This document shows positions 47,055 through 56,077 of a stretch of DNA of 64,000 nucleotides, in pieces (within the stretch, counting starts at the first letter, position 1; every line of letters starts with the position of its first letter). The translations under genes and the position numbers were made by a program. The notes beneath the pieces are model-generated. The model was not told where the DNA came from. It ran no database searches and saw only the letters and a list, made by a program, of their open reading frames with translations. The stretch comes from an uncultured Alphaproteobacteria bacterium (GTDB lineage Bacteria > Pseudomonadota > Alphaproteobacteria > CAAHEQ01 > UBA3637), in the NCBI GenBank assembly GCA_934202735.1, contig CAKPYH010000001.1, forward strand, positions 75,614 to 139,613, in the 5' to 3' direction.

Positions 47055-49061
47055 ATGTCGGATACTTTCATCGTTGGTCAGGATATTTCAAAAGAACATT
47101 TGATGCGGATTGCCGACATCACTTGTTTAACACCTTGGCCGACTGTGGCAGACCCTCGCCTGCCGCCTGATGAAAAAGAATGGTATTCCTTGCCTGATAA
47201 CCTGACGGTGTTAACCGGCACTCTGACGGAAGCCAATCTGTCCGAGTTATTAAAGGCCCCCATTACCTGTATTGTTGATGCCAATGCATTAGACGTGTCC
47301 ATCCGGGATTTTACAGCCCTGCATACAACGGCCAGCAATACCAACACATTGGGTATGTTGATGACTTGCCCGGTGATTTATGCTTGTGATATTGCCCGCC
47401 TGTTCACCGAAGCCTTAAAAAAGCGATTATTTTTTTCTAAATCCTTATCGGAAGGGATTCATCTGGCCCTCCATGAATCTATCGTGAACGGTCTGATTCA
47501 CGGGAATTTACAATTATCCAGTACGTTGCGCCAATCGGCCCGTGATTTTATTGAATATGCACGATTGTTAAATGAACGCTTAAACGATCCGGCTTATGCA
47601 CAAAAGTCCATGAGCCTGTCCGCCCGTTGGACGGAAGAACGTCTGGAAATTAAAATCCGGGACGAGGGGGCCGGGTATGCCGGTGTTTCAACGGTTCAGA
47701 CAACAACACAAACCAGTACGCAAGCCAAGTCCGGACGGGGATTGCGGTTGATTGCCGGATTGGCTGATTCTTGTACGATTGACGATTTCGGTCGTGAAGT
47801 AACCCTGTCCTTTCTGTTAACGGATCGGTTGGACAAGTTGATGACACCCCCGAATACCGCCGAAGAAGAAAAGTACGAAACAACGGCCCATATTGACGAT
47901 CCGGATCTGTCTCAATGCCGGGTACTGGTGATGGAAGATAACCCCAGCAATCAAGCCGTTTTAACCCGCTTGCTGAATGTCATCGGGATTACCCAGATTC
48001 AAATTGCCGCCGATGGAATAGAAGGCTTACACAAGGTGCTGTCTTTCAAACCGGATTTGATTATCCTGGACATTACCATGCCGCGCATGAGTGGGCAGGA
48101 AGTACTGTATCATCTGAAATCCGCCCCGGAAACGCGCTATATTCCGGTTTTGGTGCAAACGGCATCGGACACGCGGGAAATGCGTGAAAAAGCATTCAGT
48201 TCCGGTGCAACGGACTTTATTACCAAACCGATCAATCCGTTGGAATTTTTCGCACGGGTCAAAGTCCACTTGGAAAATCGGATTTTGATTTACAGTTTAC
48301 GCCACCAACTGGACCAAATTGAATCCGAGATGCAATCGGCGCGCCGTATGCAGGTGGATATGTTGCCTCACGCCGATCACATTCGGGAAGTATGCGCCCA
48401 CTTTAACATTCAAATGGCCCAATATTTTGAACCGTCTTCCATTTTAGGGGGAGATTATTGGCAAATGTTCCCCATTCGCGGAGAGTTGTTAGGCTTTTAC
48501 TTGTGCGATTTTTCCGGACACGGGGTAGCGGCAGCACTCAACACTTTCCGCTTGCACGGCATTATTGCCCAAATGGACAAGAAGAAAATCACCTCCCCCG
48601 CCCATTTTTTGGAAACCATCAACAAGCGGTTATTTGACTTGTTGCCCCGTGGACAATTTGCGACTTTCTTCTTCGGTATTTATGATCCGAAAGGCAAGAC
48701 ATTATCGTATGCGGCGGCGGGTTCTCCGGAACCGTTTTTACGGTCGGGACGTAAAACTTGCTTATTACAAACAACCGGATTACCGTTGGGTATTTCCCGT
48801 GATACCACCTACGATAACCATCAGGTGGCTTTAACACCGGGGGACAGTTTGTTTTTATACAGTGATGCTTTAACCGAATCGCCTTCGCCGGACGGCACGC
48901 GCCTGGGGACAACCGGTTTTAAAAAGATGGTAGAGCAGGGGCTGAAAAATGCAAATGTGCAAATCGCTATTCGGACCGTCATGAACTCGTTTTTTGAATT
49001 CGCCCCGCCGCCGCCACCTGATGATGTTACGGCTATTTTACTGCGAGTGAACAAAGAATGA
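47055..49061 (+). CDS. fused multidomain signalling protein: GHKL/anti-sigma-kinase-like ATPase + response-regulator receiver + PP2C/SpoIIE-type phosphatase (668 aa)
   Basis: AAGGAG lies before ATG 47055. HATPase-like ...HESIVNGLIHGNL...EIKIRDEGAGY...GRGLRLIAGLADSCTID.... REC ...RVLVMEDNPSNQAVLTRLL...PDLIILDITMPRMSGQEVL...TKP.... PP2C ...GGDYWQMF...CDFSGHGVAAAL...YAAAGSPEPFL...GLPLG...GDSLFLYSDAL... Confidence 0.7.
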   Translation: MSDTFIVGQDISKEHLMRIADITCLTPWPTVADPRLPPDEKEWYSLPDNLTVLTGTLTEANLSELLKAPITCIVDANALDVSIRDFTALHTTASNTNTLGMLMTCPVIYACDIARLFTEALKKRLFFSKSLSEGIHLALHESIVNGLIHGNLQLSSTLRQSARDFIEYARLLNERLNDPAYAQKSMSLSARWTEERLEIKIRDEGAGYAGVSTVQTTTQTSTQAKSGRGLRLIAGLADSCTIDDFGREVTLSFLLTDRLDKLMTPPNTAEEEKYETTAHIDDPDLSQCRVLVMEDNPSNQAVLTRLLNVIGITQIQIAADGIEGLHKVLSFKPDLIILDITMPRMSGQEVLYHLKSAPETRYIPVLVQTASDTREMREKAFSSGATDFITKPINPLEFFARVKVHLENRILIYSLRHQLDQIESEMQSARRMQVDMLPHADHIREVCAHFNIQMAQYFEPSSILGGDYWQMFPIRGELLGFYLCDFSGHGVAAALNTFRLHGIIAQMDKKKITSPAHFLETINKRLFDLLPRGQFATFFFGIYDPKGKTLSYAAAGSPEPFLRSGRKTCLLQTTGLPLGISRDTTYDNHQVALTPGDSLFLYSDALTESPSPDGTRLGTTGFKKMVEQGLKNANVQIAIRTVMNSFFEFAPPPPPDDVTAILLRVNKE

Positions 49062-49768
49062 TTCGCCTGTTTACCTTATCTGATTTAGGAATCGGAAAAA
49101 TCCTGTCGCTGACACCGGCGCATCATCACTATTTGGCCCATGTCATGCGTCAAAAACCAGGTGATTCCGTGTTGTTTTTTAACGGTCGGGACGGCGAATG
49201 GATCGGACACATTCAAACTTTGAATAAACATGACGGTACCGTTTGTCTTACCCGGCAAACACGCCCCCAACCGGCCCCGGAACGCCTGATTTTATGCCCG
49301 GCTCTGATTAAAAAAGAAAACTTTGATTTAGTCTTGCAAAAAGCAACAGAACTAGGGGTTTCGGATATTTACCCGCTGCAAACGCAACGTACCGTGATCG
49401 GTAAATTGAATGCAACGCGGGCCGATCTGATTGTCCGGGAAGCCGCCGAACAATGTGAACGCCTGACCGTTCCGACCGTCCATACGCCCGCAACACCGGC
49501 ACACGTCTTGACCGCCTTATCCCCCGAAACAATACCGGTTTTTTTAACCGAACGAGGACACACAACGGCCCCTTTAACCGCGGGCCAAACGTATGCTTTT
49601 TTTGTCGGTCCCGAAGGCGGATGGACCCCTGATGAACTCACCGTGTTTCAGCGGGCCGGGCAGGGGATTTTCTGGCACCTGGGGGACACCATTTTGCGGG
49701 CCGAAACGGCGGCCCTAGCGGCTTTGGCATGTTGCCGTTTTGCGTTTACGGGAAAAACATCTGTTTAG
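49058..49768 (+). CDS. rsmE: 16S rRNA (uracil1498-N3)-methyltransferase, RsmE family
   Basis: 236 aa. MIRLFTLSDLGIGKILSLTPAHHHYLAHVMRQKPGDSVLFFNGRDGEW... and C-terminal ...FFVGPEGGWTPDEL... (SPOUT). Confidence 0.75.
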   Translation: MIRLFTLSDLGIGKILSLTPAHHHYLAHVMRQKPGDSVLFFNGRDGEWIGHIQTLNKHDGTVCLTRQTRPQPAPERLILCPALIKKENFDLVLQKATELGVSDIYPLQTQRTVIGKLNATRADLIVREAAEQCERLTVPTVHTPATPAHVLTALSPETIPVFLTERGHTTAPLTAGQTYAFFVGPEGGWTPDELTVFQRAGQGIFWHLGDTILRAETAALAALACCRFAFTGKTSV

Positions 49769-50051
49769 CCATTTCCATCAATTCCACCCGCGATGACTCC
49801 GGCAACGTGCCTATTTTTGCGGTTAAAGCGGCCTGAGAAATCGTACGGATCAAGTCCAAAGCCACTTGTCCCTGCTTGCCTTTTAAGCGAATACCTAAAC
49901 GGCACGGAAACACGCGTTCCAGCGTTGTAATCGGGGCCACAATCGCATAGGGCAGTGCTTGATTCATTTCATCGGGCGATACCACCACACACGGCCGTGT
50001 CAAAGTCCGTGTGGTACACAAGTACACATCAAAACGTTTTACCATTCCCAT
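49746..50051 (-). CDS. MazF/PemK-family mRNA interferase toxin (about 100 aa)
   Basis: MGMVKRFDVYLCTTRTLTRPCVVVSPDEMNQALPYAIVAPITT... Confidence 0.7.
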   Translation of the reverse strand: MGMVKRFDVYLCTTRTLTRPCVVVSPDEMNQALPYAIVAPITTLERVFPCRLGIRLKGKQGQVALDLIRTISQAALTAKIGTLPESSRVELMEMAKQMFFP

Positions 50052-50257
50052 TCCCCCCGTTCCCGAATCGGCTTTTGTCGGACACTGTCGCGGAACAATT
50101 CAAACCAAGCGGACCGTGTCTGCTGCGGTGCGGTTAAAATCACGGATCCGCCTTGCATATTCAAATTGACTTCATTTTGAAAACTGCAAGCCTGTATCAC
50201 ATTTTTCGGCAACCGAATCCCCATTGAGTTTCCAATTTTCACTAATTTTACTTTCAT
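50039..50257 (-). CDS. MazE/AbrB-type antitoxin (72 aa)
   Basis: MKVKLVKIGNSMGIRLPKNVIQACSFQNEVNLNMQGGSVILT... (SpoVT/AbrB swapped-hairpin). Overlaps the toxin start by 13 nt. Confidence 0.7.
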   Translation of the reverse strand: MKVKLVKIGNSMGIRLPKNVIQACSFQNEVNLNMQGGSVILTAPQQTRSAWFELFRDSVRQKPIRERGEWEW

Positions 50258-51780
50258 ACGCTTTTTCCTTTCACGACTTGAGCCAAAACCATGTATAATC
50301 GCCCGACATCAGACCCGATAACAATACTCATCAACAACTTATTTTCATCTTCTTTATCCAAAACCTGCGTCATGGATTCAAAGGCCCGCATATATTCGTC
50401 CACACTGCGCCGAAAAGCGGTATCTGATTGATATAATTCTTTGATTTTTTTATATTTACTATCATTGATTTCGGTCTTGATATGCCGCATAAAAACGGTT
50501 TTATCTCCACTATAATACCGTTCCCACAGGTTTTCTTCCGCTTTGGGCGAAAACAAGTGCGCCATATCCACCGATAATTCTTGCAAGCGAGTTAAAATAA
50601 TACCGGCTTCCTGCAACAAGTCATCTGTTTGTACCTGACGCACGATGGGTACGGTCCGAACGGTTTGTCCGGCTTTTTCAATCTGTCCGGCCACTTTTTC
50701 CGCCGTAGCCCGGAACGTTTCCAACGCACCTTGCACATCTCCTTTGGTTTGTGCAAAAGTTTGCGTGGCCTGCTGCATATTTTGAACCGCCGCCGCCGTA
50801 GCCTGAACAACGGATTCGGCTTGTTCTTTCAAGCCCGCTTCCACCACAGCCATACGATTGGCGGTCCGACCGACTTCCTGTTCCAACAAATCCCCGTGAG
50901 CCCGAAACACCGATAAGACTTTTTCCAGATTACCGAACAAGCGCGCATTTTGTTGCCGGGCACTGGTTTCATACAGGTTCACGGCTTCTTCAATCCTTGC
51001 CCCGTTTTGATTCAAAGCCGCCATGACTTGGTCCGCTTTTGTGACCGCTTGTTCGGATTGTTGATTGATATGCCCGATTTCGCCCAGCAAAGCCCGCAAA
51101 TCAGTTGCCTGACCACCTAAGGATTGGGTCAAGCGACCGGTTTCCTGAATGGTTTGCGAACAAACGCGTTCCAAAATAGCCGCCTGCTCGGAAAATAAAG
51201 CTGACGTGCGATCGGCTTGGGTATTGGCTGCATCCGTCATTTGGGCTAATTTTTGAATGTGATCGGCAATTTCCCGCACCGAATCAATGGTTTTTGTATC
51301 TACATGCTTGATGACGGCACTTAAATCACGGACCCATTTTTTCAAGTCATCCCGCACCGCCTGCGTTTGGTCATTGACGGCTTGAAACACCGTTCGGAAC
51401 TCGGTGATTTGGGTCCGTAAAGCATCGGTCAGTGCTTTGGTATATACCGCGCCTTCTTCGGTCGGATACACCAATTCATTCAAATACGAACGCAACACTT
51501 CCGCTTCGGTTTCCAACCGGTCCGTCCGGTCAAAATACGCACACACCAACCACACAATCACCATCGGCAAAGCTAATCCGCAGACCCCCCCGATAAATTC
51601 GGCCGGAGCCAGGTCATACCGATTTTGCCACCACCCCGATACCGACAGGTAGTGCCCGATAAAAACCATCCAAAGCAAGCTGAATATCCCCGAAATCCAC
51701 GTATATTTATTACGCCACCAGGGTCGCAAGATATGCCGTCCTTGAAACTCAAAGGTCAACTGATCCGACTTCACACGCAT
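50254..51780 (-). CDS. hypothetical membrane-anchored coiled-coil protein (508 aa)
   Basis: Two N-terminal hydrophobic helices (...WISGIFSLLWMVFIGHYL... and ...GVCGLALPMVIVWLVCAYF...) then about 400 aa of Gln/Ala/Glu-rich heptad-like sequence. The stop overlaps the mazE-like start (ATGA). Confidence 0.6.
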   Translation of the reverse strand: MRVKSDQLTFEFQGRHILRPWWRNKYTWISGIFSLLWMVFIGHYLSVSGWWQNRYDLAPAEFIGGVCGLALPMVIVWLVCAYFDRTDRLETEAEVLRSYLNELVYPTEEGAVYTKALTDALRTQITEFRTVFQAVNDQTQAVRDDLKKWVRDLSAVIKHVDTKTIDSVREIADHIQKLAQMTDAANTQADRTSALFSEQAAILERVCSQTIQETGRLTQSLGGQATDLRALLGEIGHINQQSEQAVTKADQVMAALNQNGARIEEAVNLYETSARQQNARLFGNLEKVLSVFRAHGDLLEQEVGRTANRMAVVEAGLKEQAESVVQATAAAVQNMQQATQTFAQTKGDVQGALETFRATAEKVAGQIEKAGQTVRTVPIVRQVQTDDLLQEAGIILTRLQELSVDMAHLFSPKAEENLWERYYSGDKTVFMRHIKTEINDSKYKKIKELYQSDTAFRRSVDEYMRAFESMTQVLDKEDENKLLMSIVIGSDVGRLYMVLAQVVKGKSV

Positions 51781-51863
51781 AAAAACCTCCTCATCACGTT
51801 ATAGACTATGGTACTCGCACGCCTATTATAAGACAAAAAAACACAAAAGGCAAGTTAAAAAAT

Positions 51864-51954
51864 AATTACTTTGTAATTACACATACAAAAATGTAATTAC
51901 TTTGTGTACACATTTCATTCTTGTAATTACATTGTAATTACGTAATTACAATGT
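51864..51954. repeat. cluster 1 of AT-rich (T)GTAATTAC(A) palindromic motifs, including a perfect 26-bp palindrome ACATTGTAATTACGTAATTACAATGT (51929-51954)
   Basis: GTAATTAC occurs 6 times in about 90 bp, between the holA stop (51957) and the start of the 508-aa gene (51780). Confidence 0.85.
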
Positions 51955-51956
51955 GC

Positions 51957-52979
51957 TTACCGATGCCGTTGGGCCACACCGGCGATTTGTAAAATCACGC
52001 GTGATAAAATGACTGTATCGGGCAATCCCGTTGTTTTGGCCTGTCGTTCGGTTGTCATCAACAAATCCAACACTTTCAAAACCGCCCCTTTTTTCCAAAC
52101 TTTCAGTTGTTGCTTCACCGCGTCAGTCCACCGAAATTGAGCCGGTTTTAGAACGTGTTTAACGGCCGCTTCCGGTCCCGCTTGTTCATACGTTTCCGCC
52201 GCCGCTAATAACCGATTGAAATACATAGATAACATCCGAATAATACTCACGACATTTTCACCGCGTGCCAACATCATATTATATTCTTTATCCGCCACGG
52301 TCATATTTCCCCCCGCCACCGCCATACACAAGGCATCTGCGGACGAATCGGTTGTGTCGGTCACCACGGCCAAGACATCATCGGGCGTCACGGTTTTAAC
52401 TTCCCCCAGATAAAGGACTAATTTATTCAACTCCTGGCGCGTCATCATCCGATTTTCCCGCAACCGTTCCACCAAAAGGGGCAGGGCGCGCGGATGAACC
52501 GATACCCCATGTTCGGCCAAGGTTTCTTGAATAAATCCGGCAATATCGGAATCATTTTCGGCATAGCAGGCCACCGCCAACACTTTCGGGTGTTGTTCAC
52601 ACAACGTCCGCAGAACCGATGCTTTACTGAGATTGCCCGCACTCAACAGGGTAAATGTATCTGTTTTCAAGTTATCCCAACAAGTTTGCACCGCTTCGGC
52701 CACCGTATTGTCTGCATTTTTAACCCAGATCAACTTGCGACCGCCGAAAAAAGACGCGGCATTGCTTTCATCGGCCAGGAATGTTTTGTTTTCTTTGATT
52801 TTATCGGGAGTTATTTTAATAACGGTTAAATCATCGTTCAAGTTCGGGACAATGATTTTACCGATTTTTTCCGCCGTTTCCTGAACCAGCCCTTCATCCG
52901 TTCCGAACACCAAAGCCCCCGCAAAATCCTGTTTTAATTGCGGTATCAACGCTTTAACTTGATATGGTTTGGCTTTCAC
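51957..52979 (-). CDS. holA: DNA polymerase III delta subunit
   Basis: 340 aa. MKAKPYQVKALIPQLKQDFAGALVFGTDEGLVQETAEKI...LTVIKI.... Follows lptE as in the conserved leuS-lptE-holA arrangement. Confidence 0.8.
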   Translation of the reverse strand: MKAKPYQVKALIPQLKQDFAGALVFGTDEGLVQETAEKIGKIIVPNLNDDLTVIKITPDKIKENKTFLADESNAASFFGGRKLIWVKNADNTVAEAVQTCWDNLKTDTFTLLSAGNLSKASVLRTLCEQHPKVLAVACYAENDSDIAGFIQETLAEHGVSVHPRALPLLVERLRENRMMTRQELNKLVLYLGEVKTVTPDDVLAVVTDTTDSSADALCMAVAGGNMTVADKEYNMMLARGENVVSIIRMLSMYFNRLLAAAETYEQAGPEAAVKHVLKPAQFRWTDAVKQQLKVWKKGAVLKVLDLLMTTERQAKTTGLPDTVILSRVILQIAGVAQRHR

Positions 52980-53476
52980 GGTTGCTTTCCCTTAAAATAC
53001 GACAAAACATGCAGCGCAATATCATTCCCCAAATTATTCAACAAATCATGATATAACTTTTCTTTGGCGACCGTTGTCGCATACGGTTGATTGATAATAT
53101 TTAACAAGCCGTTGGTTTTCACCGATGAAGAAATAACATTTTGATTTGTTTTCAGATCAATCAGTTGATATTTCAAAGAAACCGTCATTTGTTCCAAACT
53201 GGCGAAATTATCGGTCCGTACACTTTGATTGGTGTAGCGTACCGGTTCAATTTGCACCGCCAACCGATAAGCTTTGGCCGTTTCCAACTGTTGCGGATTC
53301 AGTTTTGTCGTTAACAGCAAGCCTAACTGATACCCGCCTTCACCGGATACCGGCGCAACAGCCACCGTTGCGGCACCTTGCAACACTTCATCTTGTTCGG
53401 CCGTTCCGTACAAAGGCCGAAACCCGCACCCGCAGACCAAAACACATAATATACAAATAGCAACCTGTTTCCACAT
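52976..53476 (-). CDS. lptE: LPS-assembly lipoprotein LptE
   Basis: MWKQVAICILCVLVCGCGFRPLYG... (lipobox then RPLYG motif characteristic of LptE/RlpB). ATGA-type overlap with holA. Confidence 0.75.
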   Translation of the reverse strand: MWKQVAICILCVLVCGCGFRPLYGTAEQDEVLQGAATVAVAPVSGEGGYQLGLLLTTKLNPQQLETAKAYRLAVQIEPVRYTNQSVRTDNFASLEQMTVSLKYQLIDLKTNQNVISSSVKTNGLLNIINQPYATTVAKEKLYHDLLNNLGNDIALHVLSYFKGKQP

Positions 53477-53560
53477 TTTATTTTATCCTCATGTTTATTA
53501 TACTCATTTTAACTTGAAAAACAAGAAAAAATCGGTTATTTTATCAAAAAAGGACTCTTT

Positions 53561-54409
53561 GTGATGAAAAAATGTGTGATTATTGTCGGCCCGACGGCCA
53601 GTGGCAAATCGGATTTAGCCGTGCAAGTGGCCCAAGCCGGACAAGGATGTGTCGTCAATGCGGATTCTATGCAGATTTATCGCGACTTACGCCTGATTTC
53701 CGCCCGACCGACACCGGCACAAACCGCCTTGGTTCCCCACTTTTTATACGGATATGCCGATGCTTATACTCCCAATTCGGTACAAGATTGGTTAAACCGT
53801 GTCGTTCCCGTTTTACAGGCCGCGCCGAACCCCGTTATTGTCGGGGGGACGGGATTGTACATCACGGCCCTGATAAACGGCCTGAATACCATGCCCGACA
53901 TACCGCCCGAGATTCGCACCCGGGCCCGCCAAACCGATTTACAAGATATTCACAAATGCTTACCCGAGTTTCCCTATACAGATCCGCAACGCCTGCGCCG
54001 AGCCTATGAAGTTTGGTTAGCGACCGGAAAACCGATTTCTTACTTTCAAAATCAACCAAAACACAGTCCTTTTCCGGCCGATTATCGGGTGATTTTTATT
54101 CAACCGCCCCGCGATCAGTTATACGCTCGTTGCGATCGTCGCTTCCATCAGATGATAGAGCAGGGGGGCATAGAAGAAGTCCGCCACCTGATGTCCCTGC
54201 ACCCGACAGGAGGCGTTTTAAAAGCTATCGGTGTACCGGAAATCATGGCCTATTTGAACGGGGAACTGACCCGCGATCAGATGATCACCCAAGCCCTGTT
54301 GTCCACCCGGCATTATGCCAAGCGGCAGCTGACCTGGTTTCGGCATCAAATACGGGCCGATCATATACTGACCGACCCGTCCGAATTTTGTGCGGACATG
54401 ATCACTTAA
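53561..54409 (+). CDS. miaA: tRNA dimethylallyltransferase
   Basis: MMKKCVIIVGPTASGKSDLAVQVAQAGQGCVVNADSMQIYRDLRLISARPT...GGTGLYI... Confidence 0.9.
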   Translation: MMKKCVIIVGPTASGKSDLAVQVAQAGQGCVVNADSMQIYRDLRLISARPTPAQTALVPHFLYGYADAYTPNSVQDWLNRVVPVLQAAPNPVIVGGTGLYITALINGLNTMPDIPPEIRTRARQTDLQDIHKCLPEFPYTDPQRLRRAYEVWLATGKPISYFQNQPKHSPFPADYRVIFIQPPRDQLYARCDRRFHQMIEQGGIEEVRHLMSLHPTGGVLKAIGVPEIMAYLNGELTRDQMITQALLSTRHYAKRQLTWFRHQIRADHILTDPSEFCADMIT

Positions 54410-55326
54410 ACAACGGATCCGACTGTCGTCAACCGTTGCAAAATCACATCTAATTTATCCAACCCGGTATAAGAAATCACAACCGTTCCCCCTTGTCCGT
54501 TCCAGTTGATACTCACCGGTGTTTTCAAGACCGCACTCATTTCTTTTTCCAAAGCCAAAATATCTTCGTTTTTGCCGATATGCGTATCGGGTAGGGGGAT
54601 TTTTTTAGGCCGCTGAGCTTTGGGTTTATAATGCCCGACCATTTGTTCCACTTGTCGCACACTCAACCCTTTGGCCACAATTTCCGCCGCCAAAGCCGAT
54701 GCATTTTGGGCCGTCAACAAAGCCCGGGCATGTCCTATCGTTAACTCTTTGTTTTCAAGCAACTTTTTAATATCATCGGGTAAATCAAGCAACCGCATCA
54801 TATTGGCCACATGACTACGGCTTTTTCCCACAACTTGGGATAACTCATCTTGGGTATAATGAAACTCAACCAATAACCGTTTATAGGCTTCTCCTTCTTC
54901 CAACGGATTCAAATCTTCCCGCTGCAAGTTTTCCACTAACGCCACTTCCAGTGCGGCTTTATCATCAAAATCTTTAATGATAACAGGGATTTGCTTTAAT
55001 CCTGCCTGTTTAGAAGCCCGAAACCGGCGTTCCCCGGCAATAATTTCATATTGATCCGGGTGTCCCGGCCGGACCCGTACTAACAACGGTTGTAAAACCC
55101 CTTTTTCCTGAATGGAATGTACCAAATCCGCCAAAGCCGATTCGGCAAATACCCGTCGCGGCTGATACGGACTGGGGACCAAAGAATCTATGGATACCGC
55201 CGAAATGCCGTTGGTTGTCGGTTCACGTGAAACATCCACCGGCCCCGATAGAAAATCATCCCCCATCAAAGCGCTTAATCCTTTACCCAGACCTAAATTT
55301 TTATCCATTTTGTATCTCCTTTTCAC
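54406..55326 (-). CDS. parB: chromosome partitioning protein ParB
   Basis: ...GLGKGLSALMG..., ...YEIIAGERRFRASKQAGLKQIPVIIKD..., HTH ...ELSQVVGKSRSHVANMMRLLDLP... The ATG at 55308 (MDKNLGLGKG) may be the true start. Confidence 0.9.
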   Translation of the reverse strand: MKRRYKMDKNLGLGKGLSALMGDDFLSGPVDVSREPTTNGISAVSIDSLVPSPYQPRRVFAESALADLVHSIQEKGVLQPLLVRVRPGHPDQYEIIAGERRFRASKQAGLKQIPVIIKDFDDKAALEVALVENLQREDLNPLEEGEAYKRLLVEFHYTQDELSQVVGKSRSHVANMMRLLDLPDDIKKLLENKELTIGHARALLTAQNASALAAEIVAKGLSVRQVEQMVGHYKPKAQRPKKIPLPDTHIGKNEDILALEKEMSAVLKTPVSINWNGQGGTVVISYTGLDKLDVILQRLTTVGSVV

Positions 55327-56077
55327 GTTTTAAGACTTCACCAGCCAAGTGAATATAACTTTGGGCCCCAACACTTTTAAAATCATACAACATCACCGGT
55401 TTACCGTGAGAAGGGGCTTCAGGGATTCGGACGTTCCGCGGTATCACCGTATCATAAACCAAGTCCCCAAAAAACGAACGCACATCATTCACAACCGATC
55501 GTGATAAACGCGACCGACCGTCATACATCGTCATAACAATCCCGTCAATTTTCAATGTCGGATTAAAGTTTTTCTTAACTTTATCAATTGTTTTCATTAA
55601 ATCGGCCACACCTTCCAGGGCCAAGTATTCGCACTGAACCGGAATAATCACCGAATCGGATGCCACCAACGCATTCATGGTGAGCAGCCCCACCGCCGGC
55701 GGGCAATCTACAAAGATATAATCAAAATCTGATAAATCAGCGACCGCTTTTTTCAAGAAAAACTGCGGGCGATCTACATCGGCCAATTCCATATCCACCC
55801 CCAATAATTCCTGACTGGCTGGCAACATATACAGATAAGGAATCGCGGTTTGAACCACACTGGCCGAACCGGCATATCGCCCGGTTAAAACCGTATATGA
55901 ATTTGCACCGCCTTGCCGCCGTTGAACACCTAAACTCACCGTTGCATTTCCTTGGGGATCTAAATCTATAATCAAAACTTTTTTACGTAAAGCCGCTAAA
56001 GCCGTTGCTAAATTGACCGTAGTTGTGGTCTTACCGACCCCCCCTTTTTGATTAGAGACCGAAAAGATTTTAGTCAT
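55301..56077 (-). CDS. parA: chromosome partitioning ATPase ParA/Soj
   Basis: MTKIFSVSNQKGGVGKTTTTVNLATALAA... (deviant Walker A KGGVGKT). Confidence 0.9.
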   Translation of the reverse strand: MTKIFSVSNQKGGVGKTTTTVNLATALAALRKKVLIIDLDPQGNATVSLGVQRRQGGANSYTVLTGRYAGSASVVQTAIPYLYMLPASQELLGVDMELADVDRPQFFLKKAVADLSDFDYIFVDCPPAVGLLTMNALVASDSVIIPVQCEYLALEGVADLMKTIDKVKKNFNPTLKIDGIVMTMYDGRSRLSRSVVNDVRSFFGDLVYDTVIPRNVRIPEAPSHGKPVMLYDFKSVGAQSYIHLAGEVLKREKEIQNG

